Below, in pieces: positions 43,360 to 54,310 of a stretch of DNA of 64,000 bases. The notes under the pieces were generated by a model. That model saw only the letters and a program-made list of their open reading frames with translations, did not search any database and was not told the origin of the DNA. The stretch covers positions 372,001 through 436,000 of the forward strand of contig CDRNVI010000044.1 in NCBI GenBank assembly GCA_977017575.1, in the 5' to 3' direction. Made by a program: the position numbers and the translations under genes. Within the stretch, counting starts at the first letter, position 1. Every line of letters starts with the position of its first letter. This DNA is from Paramoeba atlantica. Taxonomy: Eukaryota; Protista; Discosea.

Positions 43360-44103
43360 TTGATCCAATTGCAAACAATGTTCAATGGCCTAATAGTTTT
43401 TATTGGCCACGTTTTTCTGTCCAGTATTGCTAAGAACGCTCGTGATGTGCAGCGGGCTAGAAAAGTTCGCGGAGCTTTACTTCCCGCCTCTATGCTCATT
43501 CCGAATCTAATAGCGAATATTAGCCATGGCATCGAAGAGTGGACAACAGAAGCACTGCCCTGTAAATGGAAAGGCGTCCAATGTGATGCACAAGGGAATG
43601 TAGAACGAATTACATGGACGGGTCTTCGACTGCGCGGAAATGTGGCATGGGAATTTCTTCCTCGAACAATGCTTCATCTTGATCTTGGAAGCAGTTTTTC
43701 TCACACCATCGGATATTCATCTATTGGCTGCAGAAATTTTCTTGAAGGGGGACTAGAGCTTTCGGATATGCCTACGCCTTTACGCTATCTTCGTTTACGT
43801 GATAATAATTTCCGTGGGCCTCTTCATCTGATTCATTTGCCAGTGTATCTTGAGTTTCTTGATCTTGCGAGGAATAACTTCGTGGGACGTGTGACTCTTG
43901 ATCAGCTTCCTCCACGCATCCATCATTTGGATCTTACCGGAAATGAACTTATAGGTGAGGTTGATTATAAAAAAGTTCCAGATTCGTTAAATGTAATTTT
44001 GTTGGCGCAAAACTTCATTATTCCTGTCAATCAGAGGGAACAAGACAAGGTTCAGGATTTTGACGCTTTAGATTTTCTTGCTGAAGAGGGAGAAGTAGGG
44101 TGA
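43360..44103 (+). CDS. Leucine-rich repeat protein with hydrophobic N-terminus
   Basis: WKGVQCDAQGNVERITW cap; LRR units LxxLPxxLxxLxLxxNxFxG. Confidence 0.9.
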   Translation: MIQLQTMFNGLIVFIGHVFLSSIAKNARDVQRARKVRGALLPASMLIPNLIANISHGIEEWTTEALPCKWKGVQCDAQGNVERITWTGLRLRGNVAWEFLPRTMLHLDLGSSFSHTIGYSSIGCRNFLEGGLELSDMPTPLRYLRLRDNNFRGPLHLIHLPVYLEFLDLARNNFVGRVTLDQLPPRIHHLDLTGNELIGEVDYKKVPDSLNVILLAQNFIIPVNQREQDKVQDFDALDFLAEEGEVG

Positions 44104-44199
44104 AACGGTTTTTTTCTATTTTGCGTTACGAAATTTTCACAGAAGTAGCATTCTAATCTTTGTAATCGGATCATACAAAATAGTATTTTGTATTTAATA

Positions 44200-44762
44200 C
44201 AGGGGAGATCAGCTAATGCTGGGGAGTCCAAAATTTGTAAAACTTGGCCAATTTTGGAAAATAATAGCGGATTCGAGAGCTCTCACATAGCCCTCCTGTG
44301 GAGGATATGTCGTTTTGCATAAAATCAACAGTTTTATTAAATGGTGGGAGGGTCAAAAACGTCGATTGCAAGTTTTTTAAGAAATTCTGACGTTTTTTCC
44401 CCGAAACGTAAAGCCAAACCTAATACTCACAGTGACCCCCGTTCCTCTCTATAACAATATTTATGTACCCGGGGCCGAGAAACGGCTCTCCGGCTATTTC
44501 TCCCGAAGTGAACGTGAAGATACTCGTCTTTGAGGCATGAATGATGAAAACAGGAGAAATCTCAAAAGAAATCGAAAAAATTGCAAAAATGCAAGTCGCA
44601 CAAATGTATTTCACTCTAAAATGCGTAGTGTGTAAAAGCATGGGGAACGATATATCCTCCACAGGAGGGCTGTGTGAGAGCTCTCGAATGTGCTATTATT
44701 TTCCAAAAATGGCCATGTTTTACAAATTTTAGACACCCCCCAGCATTAGCTGATCCCCCCTG
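44200..44762. mobile_element. Complete Tc1-family MITE (563 bp)
   Basis: ~115-bp TIRs CAGGGG(A/G)GATCAGCTAATGCTGGGG..; TA at 44198-44199 and 44763-44764. Confidence 0.93.
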
Positions 44763-44995
44763 TACATGTATGATAGTACAATGTGCAGTGGTGTTCAGCG
44801 ACATGTACCCCCCTACAGGTCTTGTATTTTTTCCGATTTTGGAAATTTCATCCGAAATATACTTACCTATGATACTAACGATTGGACAGTGCGCGCCCGC
44901 CCTTTGAAAACGCTTTTATTACATGTGGATGTAACAGTCTAAGAGGACTTAACAGTCTATTCTTATAATGCCAATTCTTATATAATAGGGGTTCT

Positions 44996-45314
44996 TATTA
45001 AACGGGGGTACGACTTAATGTACCGGGTACCCTTTTATATACCGTGGGGGTATAATCGCTATCCAACATACCCCCCCTGGGCACCATGGAAAACAAGGGG
45101 GTGGGGGGTATAAACGCTCAAAAAAAAAGAGTGTTTATACCCCCCACTCCCTTGTTTTCCACGGTGCCATCATGTATTGCCCCTTCTGACCTCTTTGGTT
45201 ACTGCAAAAAAACAGGTCCTTTTTGGTTTACCGCAAAAAAACATTGGAGTTAAGATACCCCCCACCCCCCCGCATTATACCCCCCTGTACATTAAGTCGT
45301 ACCCCCGTTTAATA
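44996..45314. mobile_element. MITE-like element with perfect 28-bp TIR and internal hairpin
   Basis: TATTAAACGGGGGTACGACTTAATGTAC and its exact reverse complement; internal ~40-bp inverted repeat 45080-45168; TSD could be TA or TTAA. Confidence 0.8.
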
Positions 45315-46149
45315 GGGGTCCGTCTCTATTTCGTTGACAGGTAAACCAAATGGCAGACAGTTCGTTGCCAGTGCATCCGAACGAGTGTGAATTCTCTGCT
45401 CACGAAACGCAACTCTGATAAAACTTTAGATGAGTCTCATCGAAGCGTTTTTGACCGATTGTATGAAAGATTTTCAGGAATTTAATGTTGAACCCAATCC
45501 TAACAGCTCCCCTATTCCGTGGTTCCAAAGCAGATCATAGGCCTCCTTGTTGTTGTTGGGCTCCTCGCAGATTCCCATGCGAAGAAGTCGCTACGGCAAA
45601 AAGAAGAAGGCTCCTGCTTCCCGCCTTCTGCTTTTTGTCGTAGCAACGACGACTTCCTCGAAGGTCTCGCAGATAACAAATGTGACAGATTTTAGCGTTG
45701 ATCAAATCACACTCGTGGACGGGTCAACCAAATGGCAGTCACTTCGTTGACAGTCGGATTTACAGTCAACGAAGTAGAGACATAGCCATTAATAGTACTT
45801 AATGTTTACTTAAGTTTCTAAACTTGCCTTGTGATATGCCGTATATCATAGGAGAGTCTGCAGATGGGCTAGGTTGGGGTTCAGCAAAAAAGTAAAAACG
45901 CATCTACACGAATTCACACAGAGTTACACAGAACCACTTTTTTTTTCCGATTCCTACATACTTTCACGCGTACCTCAGTACCATACTCGCGTTCCGTACG
46001 CGTGATACTCATCAATTTGAGTACTCTACTCGCGTTGACATGGGGGTAAATCGAGATTTATATTCAACGAATAGGGTTCTTGATGTACTGTATTTTTTTT
46101 TTCAGTAATGCAATCATAATAGAGACCGAGGCATTGATCCCTCTCAAAA

Positions 46150-46385
46150 ATGTCAAAAAAAACTACACGAACCTACACGGATTACAACGAACCTACACGT
46201 ACCTACACAGCTCGACACGTACCAACACGAACTTACACAGGCCTACTACATTCCCGTAAACTTTCGCAGAGTGCTTTTTACGATTACACCAGACTATTTG
46301 AGAGCTCTCGAATGCGCTATTACTTTCCAAAATTGAACAAGTTTTACGAATTTTAGACCCCCCCACTCTGAAGGTGCCCACCCAT
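46150..46385. mobile_element. Degenerate Tc1-family right end preceded by ACCTACACG-type short repeats
   Basis: GAGAGCTCTCGAATGCGCTATTACTTTCCAAAATT..TAGACCCCCCC; degraded terminus. Confidence 0.6.
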
Positions 46386-46432
46386 GTACTCTCCATATGT
46401 ATTGTGTTACAGATACTACAGACCCTATGATT

Positions 46433-46510
46433 GAGGGGCTGCGGGTATGATCTCGCGTGTTCTCGCATGACCTCGCGTGATCTCGTCTTGGGCCTCACCC
46501 GCAGCCCCTC
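46433..46510. mobile_element. 78-bp minimal MITE of the ISL2-like family
   Basis: GAGGGGCTGCGGGT .. ACCCGCAGCCCCTC termini with GATCTCGC repeats; related decayed copy at ~5255-5380. Confidence 0.85.
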
Positions 46511-46585
46511 AATTATATGCCCTAATTAATAACGCAAGCTTCCTTAATTATAAAATAGTTTCTAGGCTTCGAACTTCAATTTTTT

Positions 46586-47233
46586 ATGCAATTTTTCGGA
46601 TTTCGCAGAGTTGACCTTGCCATTCGCAAAATACGATTTTTTCAATTGGCTTTTTTACACCGGAAAAAAACTAGTGCAACAGCTCAAAAGAAATGCCGGA
46701 CAACCAAGACAGATGCTCTGCTTCCAGCGTCGAGAGGGGATAAAAGCACTCCCCTATGGGATACTTGCGATACTGTAGAGGATATTTTGGAGTACGAAAA
46801 GTTGGACGGCGTGAAAGTTTGCTCTATTCCTCCCGAAGTGTTTTCATTTGCTTTGCAAGCTTTGTTATACGGAAGCATACTCGCTTTCATTCTAACAGCG
46901 AGCGCCATATACTTGTTCTTCCGTTACATGGATTTCAGTCGTCTAGGAGATGCAATGGCATACATTCGAGCTTACTCTGATAGAGAAGTGAAATATCTAG
47001 AAGCTAGAGGGCACAAAGTGGTGCAAAAAAATATTGATCTATCTCATCCAGAAAGTTGGACTGCGGAAATATCAGACCTGTTTCACACAATCAAGCTACT
47101 TTCTGAAGAGGAATCTGATGATTCCTTTATTATTGGGGACAAGAAACACAACGATGAGGAGATATTTCATCATACAACAAGCATAAAAAAGCCTGAAATC
47201 AACCTGAGAGCTATATTTAAGCCTACATTCTGA
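46586..47233 (+). CDS. Hypothetical membrane protein, weakly TMEM242/DUF1358-like
   Basis: 215-aa ORF; ALQALLYGSILAFILTASAIYLFF hydrophobic helix. Confidence 0.65.
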   Translation: MQFFGFRRVDLAIRKIRFFQLAFLHRKKTSATAQKKCRTTKTDALLPASRGDKSTPLWDTCDTVEDILEYEKLDGVKVCSIPPEVFSFALQALLYGSILAFILTASAIYLFFRYMDFSRLGDAMAYIRAYSDREVKYLEARGHKVVQKNIDLSHPESWTAEISDLFHTIKLLSEEESDDSFIIGDKKHNDEEIFHHTTSIKKPEINLRAIFKPTF

Positions 47234-47768
47234 AAAAAGTTCTTCATTGATGTACTGTACTTTCACTGATTCGTTATGATATCATGAGGCTCTTAACTTT
47301 CGATATTCCAGAAGCATACATCGAAAAGCATACATTGAAGACAGTACATCGAACACCGTGCCACAACAGTGCAAACTAATTTTTATTCCCGTTTCTTCTA
47401 CGGGAGTCGTAGAAAAAACGTCTATTGAACGGCATTCAATTTAAAAATTGAAATCTCACAAAGCATCCTTTCGAATTTGTGTTCGAGTGGTTTAAAGAAA
47501 AGAACTTCAATATTGCGGTGGTTTTACAACCTCTGCCATTTAATTTTGAACTTCAGTCATTCTTCTCTTGTAATGTCGTCCCACCATATTTGGTTAAAAC
47601 CACCGAAGATCGCACACTTGCAAAAGTCTTCAGAAAATATTCTGTACATTTGACCGTAAGAATAATGTCTGCGCAAGAAAAGTTTTAAATCCGAAAACCC
47701 TGTCATTGCCCGTGAGGAAAGTATAGGGGGGCGGTATTAAAATATACCACGAAAAAATTCTTCTTGTC

Positions 47769-47892
47769 ATGTCCTTGTTAATGCGATGTCCTTGTTACTG
47801 TAATGTCCTTGTTATTTTGATGTCCTTGTTACTGTGATGTACTTGTTACTGTGATGTCCTTGCTACTGTGATGTTCTTGCTACTGTGATGTC
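47769..47892. repeat. 17-bp minisatellite, about 7.3 copies
   Basis: Consensus ATGTCCTTGTTACTGTG. Confidence 0.92.
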
Positions 47893-48010
47893 GTCATTAT
47901 TTATTATATCTGAATATTATGAGGGCATAGCGTCACTTTCTGGTCACGGAAAAATCTTGTTTATGTGGTTATGTTCCTCTTAGTGTAGCGCATCAGACTG
48001 AACGTTTATT

Positions 48011-50389
48011 ATGGTGCATCTGCTTCGCGTTCTTCACAAATCTTTGACTGATCCATGGTTTACCGTTTTTAAGCCTTTCGGGTTGCCTACAACTACAACC
48101 AATGAAAAGGCCACTTTGAAGGACCTCACCTCCTCCGATAGTGTTCTATATCGACTTATGCTTATGGGTAAATACTGCACAAAATCGCAAAAACCTGATC
48201 GATCTGAGGAAACGGGAAGTGTGGGCAAGTTCGTTGACCTATACCATGTTGACAACAGATATTGTGTTGGAATTCCGTGGAACATGTCTAAAGAAACTCG
48301 TGGTCTATTACTCTGTGCTCATTCATCACCAAACGTATATTTTTTCCGCCGGTGCGCCGAAGGGTTATTTTTAAGAAGAACTTATACTGTTCTGTGCGAA
48401 GCAAACCCCGAGGATGAACTTCTTACTCAGCAGAATGAGCGCGCCGGCTCCATAGCTCGTAGTTCATACAATATTAAATCAGCGCGCTTTACCGGGAGTG
48501 AAAATGGATCGAAGAATCCTACAGAATTGGCGACTCGACCGTGCAAAACCGCACAGCCAAGGATTCCTCTTCCAAGGCGACTAATTTCAGGTTTTGTGTT
48601 AAAATCTCATTTTCTAATGACCGGAAAAGACAACTCTCCTCAGCGCGTACATCGGATAGCTTCGCTTTTTCTAGCCCCAGGTTGCAGTTTGGCTCCACAA
48701 CATCCATGGTTGCAGCCCATAGAGTACCTTGCTGTTATTCCTGGCTGTTCATTTGGACCACACAAAGGTTCCAAGGTCTCTTTTTCAGTCCGTTTATTGG
48801 CATCATATCCATGTCCCAATGGAAGGGATGAATCTGATACCAACCAACTAGGAGCTAGTGGTTCTATAAAAATGCGATACATGTATGAAATTGAGCTTAT
48901 CGAGGGAACCGAAGAGGGAATGCGCTGCCTTTTGGCAGATAAGAAGTGTCCGGTTTTGAATGATACCGTTTATGACATCGATTTTGCGAAACGTATGTGG
49001 GAAAAGGTATGCTCGTTGAAAAATATTACGGAAGATGAGCAGCACAGAGTAATAAATACGTTCAAAGATATTTCTTGCGACTTTAGAGGACCGGTGGAGG
49101 AGTACTTGATGGATTTAGCCTTAAAGCCCACAGAGTCTAATTTTTTACACCTTGGCTTATGTTGCACTAAAATTGACTTTCCTGATCCTGTAATAGAAGA
49201 AAACATCATTTTATTGAAGCATGCTCAGATGGTACGTCATATCGAGGCGCAACACTTTCAACATGATAAGATTTCTGAAAGGAATTCCTGCGCAGAAACT
49301 ATTGGGTGGGACGGTAACAGAGGAGTTAGAGATCAGTTCAAAAGATGCGTTGTTGAAATTCCGATTCCGAAACCTTTTCGTCAGTGGAGTCGAGGAGTAC
49401 CCTTATCTATTGAAGCTATCGAAGAGGGGATGCGACCGAATCCAAGTTTACTTACCAAATTTGAGTTTCCGGTCTCACAGACAAATCATCATATAGATTC
49501 GAGGAATGAAAGTTCAGTGGTACAAGCACAGGATACCACAATCGCCTCTGATGAGCAGAAACCAACTGATGTATCATTCCACGAAGAGGACATGAGCTTA
49601 TCCGTAACAGCGCTTCCCCCAGCGGAACTTTCCCTTCTTTCAGAGACGGAAAAAGAAAATCGACTCACCCGGAGGAGACGTGAGGGATTGTTGCGGCCTT
49701 GTCCCTCATGTGGGGGTTTTCACACACAAGATCGATGCTCTCGAGTGCAGCGATCATCGACTTCTCTAGTTGAAGCTGTGCGAGACTTTGCTTCCAGTGG
49801 AGAGAATACCTCAAGCAGTTTTACTGCACAAGCTGCGAAGCGTCTCCCCTTTTGCGTTATTTGCGGTGTTCGGGGCCATTTTTTTCATGTTTGCGTTCAC
49901 GCGTTTTCGCGGGTATGTACGATTCCAGCTAAAAGGAGCAGCGAGGAAGAAACGCAGCTAGGGAAGGGTGAGGGGATTTCTACGACTAACGCGGAGAGAA
50001 CTGAAACGATTCGTCGTTGTCGAATATGTGGCCGATTTGATCACACTGAAAGCAGGTGTGTAGAAAGAAAGGCGCCTCCGTGGGGATACTCTCCACTTGG
50101 TTCACCGCTCAATTTTCATACCCGGAATAGTCGTGCTCGTATCATACGCGAGGGGAACGTACATGACGAGGTACGACGTTTGTCGACACAAACTCTCTTT
50201 GAACAGCGCAAGCACCGAAGAGATATTAAGACACAAAAGAGGAATGTGGATGTCACATCACATGCACCCTCTGAAGAGAAGTCCTGGATTGCGCAAAGCG
50301 GTAGAGGTTCTGGAACGAGAAGAGAGGACAAGGGTTTTCGCGCATTGCGCCGCAACAAACAGAAATCTCTCTATCATGAAATTGGGTGA
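48011..50389 (+). CDS. RluA-like pseudouridine-synthase-fold protein with three Cys/His zinc-knuckle-like motifs
   Basis: VFKPFGLP (motif I-like) and MSKETRGLLL (motif II-like); CPSCGGFHTQDRC, CVICGVRGHFFHVC, CRICGRFDHTESRC. Confidence 0.7.
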   Translation: MVHLLRVLHKSLTDPWFTVFKPFGLPTTTTNEKATLKDLTSSDSVLYRLMLMGKYCTKSQKPDRSEETGSVGKFVDLYHVDNRYCVGIPWNMSKETRGLLLCAHSSPNVYFFRRCAEGLFLRRTYTVLCEANPEDELLTQQNERAGSIARSSYNIKSARFTGSENGSKNPTELATRPCKTAQPRIPLPRRLISGFVLKSHFLMTGKDNSPQRVHRIASLFLAPGCSLAPQHPWLQPIEYLAVIPGCSFGPHKGSKVSFSVRLLASYPCPNGRDESDTNQLGASGSIKMRYMYEIELIEGTEEGMRCLLADKKCPVLNDTVYDIDFAKRMWEKVCSLKNITEDEQHRVINTFKDISCDFRGPVEEYLMDLALKPTESNFLHLGLCCTKIDFPDPVIEENIILLKHAQMVRHIEAQHFQHDKISERNSCAETIGWDGNRGVRDQFKRCVVEIPIPKPFRQWSRGVPLSIEAIEEGMRPNPSLLTKFEFPVSQTNHHIDSRNESSVVQAQDTTIASDEQKPTDVSFHEEDMSLSVTALPPAELSLLSETEKENRLTRRRREGLLRPCPSCGGFHTQDRCSRVQRSSTSLVEAVRDFASSGENTSSSFTAQAAKRLPFCVICGVRGHFFHVCVHAFSRVCTIPAKRSSEEETQLGKGEGISTTNAERTETIRRCRICGRFDHTESRCVERKAPPWGYSPLGSPLNFHTRNSRARIIREGNVHDEVRRLSTQTLFEQRKHRRDIKTQKRNVDVTSHAPSEEKSWIAQSGRGSGTRREDKGFRALRRNKQKSLYHEIG

Positions 50390-50933
50390 GTCAGGCGCTA
50401 CGTCTATCACTTTCGACGAAATAATCATGTACAGGAGGTGGGAACGCTATTTTTGGGGTTTCCAGTTTCTTGGAACACGTTGTATTGACCACTGATCGTC
50501 TTTTGACGTTACTCCTATTTCATTTGCTGAGTGAGAACAACATTCAATCTTCATTCCTTTCAATAATTCTACGGGGCTTTCCATTATCTTCAACAAACGG
50601 TATGTCAACCAAGTCAATTCTGTATAGCTCCTATTCTAGCAACATTTATTCGTGAAAACTGTCCCCGTGAAAGTGATCAATTCTTTATACATTATAAAGA
50701 ATCTTTCTTCCTCTTTATTACGAGACTGTCATCTTGCATAAATTCAATTTCCTTACTAAATTCTACTCGTTTAAATCTTGGTTCGGCCGTCACCTCTCCT
50801 GCACCGTTGCATTTTTTCTTCTTGCCACCTCCATCTTCGTCTCCGAACATTTTCATTCCTCAATAGCACCCTACACCCGTTACTCTACACCTCATCCCTC
50901 CTCTCCACCAGCAGCAAGCCTGCACGCAAAAAA

Positions 50934-52442
50934 ATGTCCAAAAACATTCAAAATCAACATCCCACCCCACCGTCTCCTTCTCCCCCACAACCTCGCACAC
51001 ACGCCCCAAAACCAGAGCAAAGTCCAAAACCCAAAACCCACCCTAGAACCCCCCCTCCCCCCTCCCCACAGATCCCTACAACCACCCTCTCTTCCCCACA
51101 ACCCTCCTCCCCCCCACACGTTCAAAAACCCCAAAACAACACACACAAAAAAGTAAAACCAAAAGCTCAAAAAGGTCAACAACAACAACAACAGCAACAA
51201 CAACAAAAACAACAAATAAAACAAAAACAACAACAACAACAACAACAACAGCAACAGCAAATAAAACAACAACAACAACAAATACAACAACAACAGCAAC
51301 AACAACAACAACAACCCCCCCGTGAGGTCACCCTCCTCGCGACCCCCTCCGAGCGCACCCCCACCTCCCGCTCCCTCTACACGGACCACAAGTCCCGCAT
51401 CTCTTTCCACCCCCCGTGGCTCTCCGCCTCCCGCCCCCGCACCCAGGCCCTCACCCGCCACCTCTTCACGGCCCACACCGCGGGCCGGCGCGTGCTGTTC
51501 CTCGGGGGGGTCGCGGGGATGGGGCTGCTGCCGATGCTGTGCGCGAGGCACGGGGCCGCGGCGGTGGTGGTGCTGGACCCCAGCGCGGTGGTCCCGCTGT
51601 GCCGGGAGGTCGCGGAGGGGAATGGGATGGGGGGAGAGGGGGGAGAGGGGGGGAGGCTGCGGTATGTGCAGCATTCGGTGGGGGAGGTGGTGGGGATGAG
51701 CGCTCGGGGGGAAGCGGTGCCGGAGGGGTTGAGGGGGGAGGGGGAGGGGGGTTTTGCGCAGTTTGATTTTATTTTTATGGACTGGGTGTCGAATTTGCTG
51801 GTGAATGATGTGAAGGGGGTTGAGGATTTGGTGACCGCGAGGGCGTGTTTTTTGGCGCCTGGGGGAGAGGTGATGCCGAGTGCGGCAACGTTGAAGGCGG
51901 TGGGGTTGTCGGATTATGACTACCATCAAAGTACGCTGGAGTGGTGGTCGAATGTGTATGGGTTTCGCATGGATGCGATGCGACAGTGTGTGGAGAGTGA
52001 GCCCACCACGGGGTCGGTGCCGGCCAACACGATTGTGACCCACCCCGCGACGATTGCTCGTGTAACGGCGTCGGAGATTACGGTAGAAAACTGTTCCTTG
52101 GACCGCAGTTTTGAGTTAAAGCTTTCGTACCCTGCAGCGAGTACGGTACACTTTCTTACCCTGTTTTGTGATGTGGAGTATGTGACGAGGGCCAGTAGCG
52201 GGTTTCGAGTGGAGTGCGGTCCGACGAAGGACGAGTCCGATGTGCCTCCCACGTCGTTTGCGCTGCCCAAGTTTCTTCCGCTTTCTCCGGAGCAAACACT
52301 GAAGTTTCAAATCTCCGTAGTGAATCATCCAGATCCCAAGCTAAGTCCTCCAAGGTGTAACATTACCCTACGCGGAGAATCCACAGAAGTCGAGCCTCCC
52401 GTGAGGTTTGAAAAGAAGTATACCTATGCGGATTATCATTAG
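50934..52442 (+). CDS. Degenerate protein arginine methyltransferase, prozyme-like, with Pro/Gln-rich N-extension (ORF open from 50778)
   Basis: PRMT core recognisable (ARHGA, FLAPGG..PSAA, WWSNVYGFRM), but motif I is VLFLGG, the double-E loop is MDW..ND and THW is absent; (CAA)n polyQ at ~51175-51316. Confidence 0.85.
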   Translation: MSKNIQNQHPTPPSPSPPQPRTHAPKPEQSPKPKTHPRTPPPPSPQIPTTTLSSPQPSSPPHVQKPQNNTHKKVKPKAQKGQQQQQQQQQQKQQIKQKQQQQQQQQQQQIKQQQQQIQQQQQQQQQQPPREVTLLATPSERTPTSRSLYTDHKSRISFHPPWLSASRPRTQALTRHLFTAHTAGRRVLFLGGVAGMGLLPMLCARHGAAAVVVLDPSAVVPLCREVAEGNGMGGEGGEGGRLRYVQHSVGEVVGMSARGEAVPEGLRGEGEGGFAQFDFIFMDWVSNLLVNDVKGVEDLVTARACFLAPGGEVMPSAATLKAVGLSDYDYHQSTLEWWSNVYGFRMDAMRQCVESEPTTGSVPANTIVTHPATIARVTASEITVENCSLDRSFELKLSYPAASTVHFLTLFCDVEYVTRASSGFRVECGPTKDESDVPPTSFALPKFLPLSPEQTLKFQISVVNHPDPKLSPPRCNITLRGESTEVEPPVRFEKKYTYADYH

Positions 52443-52834
52443 AGTGACAATCACGTGGCTGGTAGTAGAGATTAGTTTTTTCAGCAATCGGGGCTTGATT
52501 TTATTACACCGTAAGTTTGGCAACCCTTGTGGGATTCCCACAGTTATGAAATCGTCTAAATAAATTTTTCGATCATGTGTTTTCCAAAATTATTCAAAGA
52601 ACTAAGAATTTCAATATTGTACGTGCTCCTGGGCGTTGTTAATTTCAGTTAAAATGCTGCCTTGTAACGTCAGATGTTTGCGTTGGATTTATTCGTTCCT
52701 TCTTGAATACAACAACTTTTTTTCCACTTCGAATTTTTTATCCACCGTTTCCTTTTGTGAATTTACTGCTTTAGCATAAATTATCGTCTTTTGTAGTACA
52801 CCTAGCGCTACTGTTTTTACGTCGTGTATGATTC

Positions 52835-54031
52835 ATGAAGTGCACTTTTATAAAAGCATGCAGCCATCAAGGTTTAGAGAAACTCTTTACACCTTCCAAA
52901 TCACACGCAGCGCTCCGCAGACAGCTTCAAAAATTCCGCAACAAGCACGTTGTACCTCAATCTTCACAACACGATACGAACGGGAAATTCAACCTAGATC
53001 TTTTCAAGCAGGCCGGGAAATCCTCATTATTAGGTCTTACTATTCCTAAGTCCTATGGTGGCTCCGGTATGGATCTCACCGCATCCATCATGGCTCACCA
53101 GGAGCTTGCGTGGGAGGATCCTGGTTTCGCTCTCGCGTATCTTGCTCACTCGGTGCTCGTCACCAACCATTTATATCACACAGGTACGAATTTACAAAAA
53201 GAAAAATATCTCCCTGGGCTTTGCTCAGGTGAATTGTTGGCGGCTTTTGCCATGAGTGAACCCGAGGGGGGTACGGATATTCTCGCAATGAAAACACGCG
53301 CGGAGCTCAGGAAAGGGGATTATGTGCTGAACGGAGGCAAAAAATGGATCACTAACGGAGCCCATGCCGATCTCTACCTCATCTATGCCTATCTAGGAAC
53401 TCATCTCCGAGCCTTCCTGGTCGAACGTAATTCTCCGGGGTTACGTCGGGGACCGGTGATTGATAAGTGCGGCATGGGCTCGGCGAATATGTGTGAGTTG
53501 TGGTTTGAAAACCTCCGGGTGCCCTCGGAAAATTTGCTAGGAGGCGACCTCAAATCGGCATCGTCTTTACGACCCACGATGCATACCTTCGAGGTCGAGC
53601 GCGTGACACTGTCGTCGATTGGGCTGGGGATCGCCGACCGGTGTCTCGAGGAGATGACGCAGTATGCCTCGCAACGAAAGTGCTTCGGGAAGCCAATCAC
53701 TCAATTTGGTCAAATCCAACGACATATTGCGGAGTGCTACGCCAGCACACAGGCGGCAAGGGTTGTGACCTACACCATTGGCGCCGGACTACGACCTGAG
53801 ACGCGGTCACGGGCCCAAACAGACGCAACGAAGCTTTTCGTGGCACCTGTGGCGAAGCATGTGGCAGACTGCGCAATGCAGGTCACTGGAGCTCTGGGCT
53901 ACTCCAGAGAAATGGTCGTGGAGCGCATGTGGCGCGCCGCTAAGGTGCTGGAGATAGGCGGAGGCACCACAGAGGCACTTCATAAGAACATTGTAAAGGA
54001 TATATACCGCACACGGAATAAAGGGGCATGA
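52835..54031 (+). CDS. IVD: Isovaleryl-CoA dehydrogenase (acyl-CoA dehydrogenase family)
   Basis: AMSEPEGGTD, YVLNGGKKWITNG, RKCFGKPITQFGQIQ, GALGY, EIGGGT. Confidence 0.9.
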   Translation: MKCTFIKACSHQGLEKLFTPSKSHAALRRQLQKFRNKHVVPQSSQHDTNGKFNLDLFKQAGKSSLLGLTIPKSYGGSGMDLTASIMAHQELAWEDPGFALAYLAHSVLVTNHLYHTGTNLQKEKYLPGLCSGELLAAFAMSEPEGGTDILAMKTRAELRKGDYVLNGGKKWITNGAHADLYLIYAYLGTHLRAFLVERNSPGLRRGPVIDKCGMGSANMCELWFENLRVPSENLLGGDLKSASSLRPTMHTFEVERVTLSSIGLGIADRCLEEMTQYASQRKCFGKPITQFGQIQRHIAECYASTQAARVVTYTIGAGLRPETRSRAQTDATKLFVAPVAKHVADCAMQVTGALGYSREMVVERMWRAAKVLEIGGGTTEALHKNIVKDIYRTRNKGA

Positions 54032-54310
54032 AAACGGAGCCCTTCTTGATGCGAAGAAGTTTCTTAAGAGCACATTCTCTTGCTTTCCTTGTTATATCCT
54101 TTTTGATGAGCACTAGAAGTACGGAAGACTTTCTTTGGACTACAATAAACACTGCGTATATTAACTTTTCGGTCATTTGACGAAGTACCTCAATATTTTA
54201 TCCTGAATTTTATACAAATGTTATATTATATACAAATGTTTTTGGCTCTACATCAGGCATGCGTTCTAGAGGTGCTTCTTTTCGTGCTTACTATTTAATT
54301 CGCTGTCAAC

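Noticed and set aside
25718-52043. Long antisense and alternate-frame ORFs (e.g. 25718-26194, 26357-27025, 35023-35733, 50892-52043)
   Set aside because: They shadow real + strand genes in GC-skewed, stop-poor sequence and translate to low-complexity text such as poly-Cys, poly-Leu or poly-Gly.
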